Part shown: piece after piece, positions 60,901 through 64,000 of the stretch
Position numbering within the stretch: position 1 is the stretch's first letter
How the letters are laid out: every line of letters begins with the position of its first letter
Assembly (NCBI GenBank): GCA_050575255.1
Contig: JBNZDD010013635.1
Span: forward strand, 2,601,734-2,665,733
DNA from: Harriotta raleighana
Taxonomy: Eukaryota
Reading direction: 5' to 3'
DNA: 64,000 nt
The notes under the pieces: model-generated
Database searches by the model: none
What the model was told of the DNA's origin: nothing
What the model saw: only the letters and a program-made list of their open reading frames with translations
Made by a program: the position numbers and the translations under genes

Positions 60901-62954
60901 ACTTTCTCTTTTTGGATAGTGTCACAAGATCTTTAACATCCATTACAGGACAGATGGGCAGGACATTGGTTTTGATGTCTTAACTGAAAACGGCATTTCT
61001 GACAATGCAATACCCAGGCCCATAATTACATTATGAAGCCACGTTATCAATGAATTTTAATTCACAAACATTAGTTGATTTTCTGCAACCAAGGACATTG
61101 GGAATTTTAGCAAAATGGAAGCAGCTGTGTTGATTTTAAAGGTATTTCATCTTTAAATTTTTTTTAAAAATTGCGCACTTAATAATTTAATGCAAACAGA
61201 TTGACTCAGTACTTAAACCATACATTCTCCTTTGTTTTCTGAGAATATTGCTGACATGTGGCTCCATGTGACTTGCACGCTTCAATTCTTTCTTCACTTC
61301 TTTCCATGTTGCCTTCACACTTTTTTTCCTCCCTTTTTATACTTAAAAAAAATTCCAAACTATGCTTGTTTGAAAAAATTGCCGTGTCAGAATTCATTAC
61401 CTTACTTCGGTTAGATAAGCAGGTGTGGATAAATGAAGTGGAGATATCACTTAAGGTAGTTTTCCTGATGTGTTTGATTTCTGGGCTAGTTTGAGGCTTG
61501 GAATGTCAATGGGAAACATGTACCCGTGAAGAGCTCACATGCTGTGCCAGGAAATTGGGAGCTGACTCAGCGATATTCACGCATGCAGTGTTGGAATGAG
61601 TGGTGTAGTTTACCATTGGGCAGCTGGTGGAGATGTGCTGGATGAAAGCCAATCCTGTTTCGATGCAGAACTGACTGCAGATTCACAACAATTTAGTCGT
61701 ATGTTTTTTTTGCTCTCACTCCTTCACTTGTCTCATTGTAATGGGTGATTCAATCCAAAAACTACTTGTTCAGTTGAATGTTTCATTTCAAGTTGATACT
61801 ATACAAAGTTTGCTAACTGGAAATTTGGATATATTGCCTAGCATGGGAAAAGCTCATCTCTGGGAATCTTTTGGTGTGATTTAGAAAACAATAAGATAAT
61901 CCACCTGGGATAATAATAATAATGCTTGCATTTGATATAGTGCTTTCTATGTCTACCAGACATCACAAAGTGCTTCCACAGAACAGAGATAAAAGATCAG
62001 TAATTTGAACAGAGATAGACAGGGCTAAAGGCCATTAATTTGAGGGATTGGTGGTGGGTTTGGACATTCTCACCTCTGGGACTCGAGGTGAAACGTAGAC
62101 CTTGAATCCTTCAGTGTGGCCTGATATAAGTGGATGGGAATACTTGTCAATGTGAAACATTCTCTCCCTTTTTGTGACATTGAGCAATGTGTGAAATTTA
62201 TAGTGCATTGGCCTATGAAAGTTGCAGAAGCATTCACTAATTCTGAGGCCAGCCCCTATCTTTGGTTGTTTCTAATGTGTTGGAAGTATAATGTTTTTTT
62301 TTCTCGATGAGCGAAGTCTGTTTGTAGTGTTAAGATTGCACACGGTGTGGTGAGTGAAGCTGGGTGTAGGAGAAGTCTACAAGGGAATCTGAAGGGTGAA
62401 TCAGTTTGAGATGGTGCTGAGCCAAGTTGATCAAGTTAATATATGACTGACAACATACTGCACTTTGTATAAAAAGGAAAACAATAATGGAAATTGACGG
62501 GATGAATTCAAGTCTTGCTGACTCTGGGAATGCTGACCACTGATGCAGTTACAGACAGGTGAGAAGGATTAACTATTTTGTGTTTGTCTCTTAGAAAAGG
62601 GGAAGAGCATCCTCAGGATAAGGACCAAATCCTGCTGGAAAAAGAAGCTGAGGTAAGAGCTTTCATGTTGCACGAAAATCACATTCTCTCTCCATTCTTT
62701 ACAAAAGCCTTTCTCGGCATTGTCTTTAAGATACCACGGGGATGCCGGCTTGATGAATGGCGTAAAAGCCAGTGTTTTGAGGGGCAGATTCTGTGGTACT
62801 GCTCTTTCCAAACGTTCAGGTGTTCAACTTTCTTTTCTTGTAGCTGCGTCGCATGCAGGAGATGATTGCCCAGATGCAGGCTCAGATGCAGATGCAGCAG
62901 AGTAAACCAGGAGGAGATGGGGATTCCAGCAGTGTGCACAGCCAGCACGTCTAA
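42940..62954 (+). CDS. SEPTIN2: Septin-2, complete spliced CDS of 11 exons, 1152 nt, 383 aa (396 aa with the distal donor at 59264)
   Basis: G1 GESGLGKS, G3 DTPG, G4 AKAD, septin unique element GRLYPWG, polybasic HRKSVKK, C-terminal coiled coil. Exons join in frame; adjacent to HDLBP as in other vertebrates. Confidence 0.97.
44291..44577 (-). mobile_element. tRNA-derived SINE
   Basis: Reverse complement of the family sequence. Confidence 0.88.
46044..46356 (-). mobile_element. Full-length tRNA-derived SINE
   Basis: Reverse complement with intact A and B boxes. Confidence 0.9.
48570..50250 (+). mobile_element. L2 LINE fragment covering a degraded RT domain, interrupted by a short tail-only insertion at about 49211-49305
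   Basis: [47 protein letters not shown] motifs with frameshifts. Confidence 0.9.
50366..50525 (+). CDS. SEPTIN2: SEPT2 exon [53 protein letters not shown]
   Basis: tctag| acceptor (alternative in-frame CAG acceptors follow), G|gtaagt donor. Confidence 0.9.
51115..51201 (+). CDS. SEPTIN2: SEPT2 exon ([29 protein letters not shown])
   Basis: 87 nt, P-loop. Confidence 0.96.
51757..51880 (+). CDS. SEPTIN2: SEPT2 exon (EKIERTVQ...[14 protein letters not shown])
   Basis: 124 nt, cag|...|gtgtgt. Confidence 0.96.
52589..52723 (+). CDS. SEPTIN2: SEPT2 exon (FKTIISYID...ISPFGH)
   Basis: 135 nt, cag|...|gtaagc. Confidence 0.96.
53514..53631 (+). CDS. SEPTIN2: SEPT2 exon (LKPLDVEFM...AKADTLT...LKRR)
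   Basis: 118 nt, tag|...|gtatgg. Confidence 0.96.
53911..54660. mobile_element. Second Tigger-like MITE family
   Basis: TIR CAGTAAAACCTCATTTATCCG / CGGATAAACGGGGTTTTACTG, TA TSD. Confidence 0.9.
54680..55950 (+). mobile_element. L2 LINE 3' fragment (contains a hAT MITE)
   Basis: [26 protein letters not shown] (degenerate YADD), tail (TTG)n. Confidence 0.88.
54727..55078. mobile_element. hAT (Charlie-like) MITE
   Basis: TIR CAGTGGTTCCCAAC / GTTGGGAACCACTG; 8-bp TSD CTCTACAT / CTCTATAT. Confidence 0.92.
56140..57007 (+). mobile_element. L2 LINE 3' fragment
   Basis: [31 protein letters not shown], tail (TTG)n. Confidence 0.9.
58507..58608 (+). CDS. SEPTIN2: SEPT2 exon (ILDEIEEHG...TRVLK)
   Basis: 102 nt, cag|...|gtagag. 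Confidence 0.96.
58776..58921 (+). CDS. SEPTIN2: SEPT2 exon (TSIPFAVVG...GRLYPWG...RTML)
   Basis: 146 nt, cag|...|gtaagt. Confidence 0.96.
59142..59225 (+). CDS. SEPTIN2: SEPT2 exon (THMQDLQEV...KRGG); extends to 59264 with the alternative donor
   Basis: 84 nt to CAG|gttgtc, or 123 nt to TTT|gtacgt. Confidence 0.93.
60870..61012 (-). mobile_element. Old DeuSINE-like central domain relic
   Basis: Resembles the recalled Deu-domain consensus (ATAGTG..AGATCTTT.ACATCCA..GACAGA.GGG..GGTTT.ATGTCT.A.CTGAAA.CGGCA); diverged. Confidence 0.5.
62595..62652 (+). CDS. SEPTIN2: SEPT2 exon ([19 protein letters not shown])
   Basis: 58 nt, tag|...|gtaaga. Confidence 0.95.
62844..62954 (+). CDS. SEPTIN2: SEPT2 last coding exon ([36 protein letters not shown])
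   Basis: tag| acceptor, TAA at 62952-62954. Confidence 0.95.
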   Translation: MRRMQEMIAQMQAQMQMQQSKPGGDGDSSSVHSQHV

Positions 62955-64000
62955 ACTGGAGAGTGAGTGTATCACACACAGGAATACTGGACGTCGACTA
63001 CAATAACCAGATTCAACAATATAAACTTGCATTTATATTGCACCCCTCATGCTACGTAGGGTCTCAGAACACTTATTCACAGCCATACTTCAGATTATTA
63101 GTGATTTTGTACCGGGCTTTAGTCTTATTTTAAAACAGGAAATACATTTAGGATTCTCCCCTTCCCGTGCTTCCAGCTTATTTGACACACAGTTTCGGCT
63201 GCATACTAACTTTAGAAATTGATAACACAGGAGGCTGTTCAAACCATTATAATATGTGCTGCCTCTGAAACAACCATCTATTTACAGTAGTTCCATTTTA
63301 ATGCCTTTTCTCACATACTCGTTTAATTTTAAACTTTCAGATAATTCTTTGAAATGTGCACTTCCAAACAAAATTCCTTTTTTTTTCCCCAGATCTCTTC
63401 CAGAAAATTCTTGAACACAATCCACTTCCTTGAAGCAGAGGTGGAAAGGAATCTTGAGTGTGGAAAATGTGGTCTTGACAGCCAGTATTTGAGAGCTGTG
63501 ACTTCAGTGCTTTGTTCACAATGCAATATTGTAATCTTTGTATTTTTTTGCGTTTTTTTATATATGTGATAATTTCCTTTTTTTTATATTTCCTATATCA
63601 TTCTATTAATCTCACTTGGATTTCAGTTTTATAAGTGCTCAAAAGTAAGATTCATTTATACAATGCCTGTTAGTGACTTTATTTTTTCGTAGTGAGTAGA
63701 TAGCATTTGTGACACTGGATAAGGGTGAAGAAGCCACTTGTTATTGGGGAGTGTTTGAATTGATAGAACTGTAAGAGCTGCAACTCATTTGGTTGAATTT
63801 TGACCATTTTTATTTATATGTTGTCTGGTGAAGTCTGTGTTATTGCTAATCCAAATCCATTGCTGGATTGCAATGCTGCAGTACGGATATCTGCCTCCAG
63901 AGGCAGCTAGATCCTGTTTAGCCAAATTGGTGTTCATAAGAGGTAAATGTATCCATGTGGTTAATATTGGAGTGGTATTGCTTTCTGATCACTGTCAAGG

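Overview
Vertebrate genomic DNA, most likely a cartilaginous fish (probably a chimaera, inferred from the repeat families), from a gapped short-read assembly. It holds two divergent genes. HDLBP/vigilin (- strand) has 19 coding exons with GT-AG boundaries from ATG 14517 down to 26 (962 codons, continuing off the left edge), 5'-leader exons at about 28047-28102 and 15993-16068, and a TATA/Inr/CCAAT promoter near 28100-28230. SEPTIN2 (+ strand) has a complete CDS in 11 exons, 42940-62954 (383 aa, or 396 aa with an alternative donor), and a CpG-island first exon near 33790-33880. Introns and the intergenic spacer carry tRNA-derived SINEs, L2 and CR1 LINE fragments, Tigger-like and hAT MITEs, and simple repeats. 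The most notable observations are: the AUG-free, frame-switching HDLBP 5' leader with candidate non-AUG uORFs and an N-terminal extension; a polyQ SEPT2 N-terminus; an in-frame 39-nt alternative donor in SEPT2; a five-element nested transposon stack; and a probable templated inverted insertion. There is no prokaryotic system, CRISPR array or true RNA gene. Most ORF-track entries are spurious. Comparisons with human or fish orthologues are from memory and need checking.
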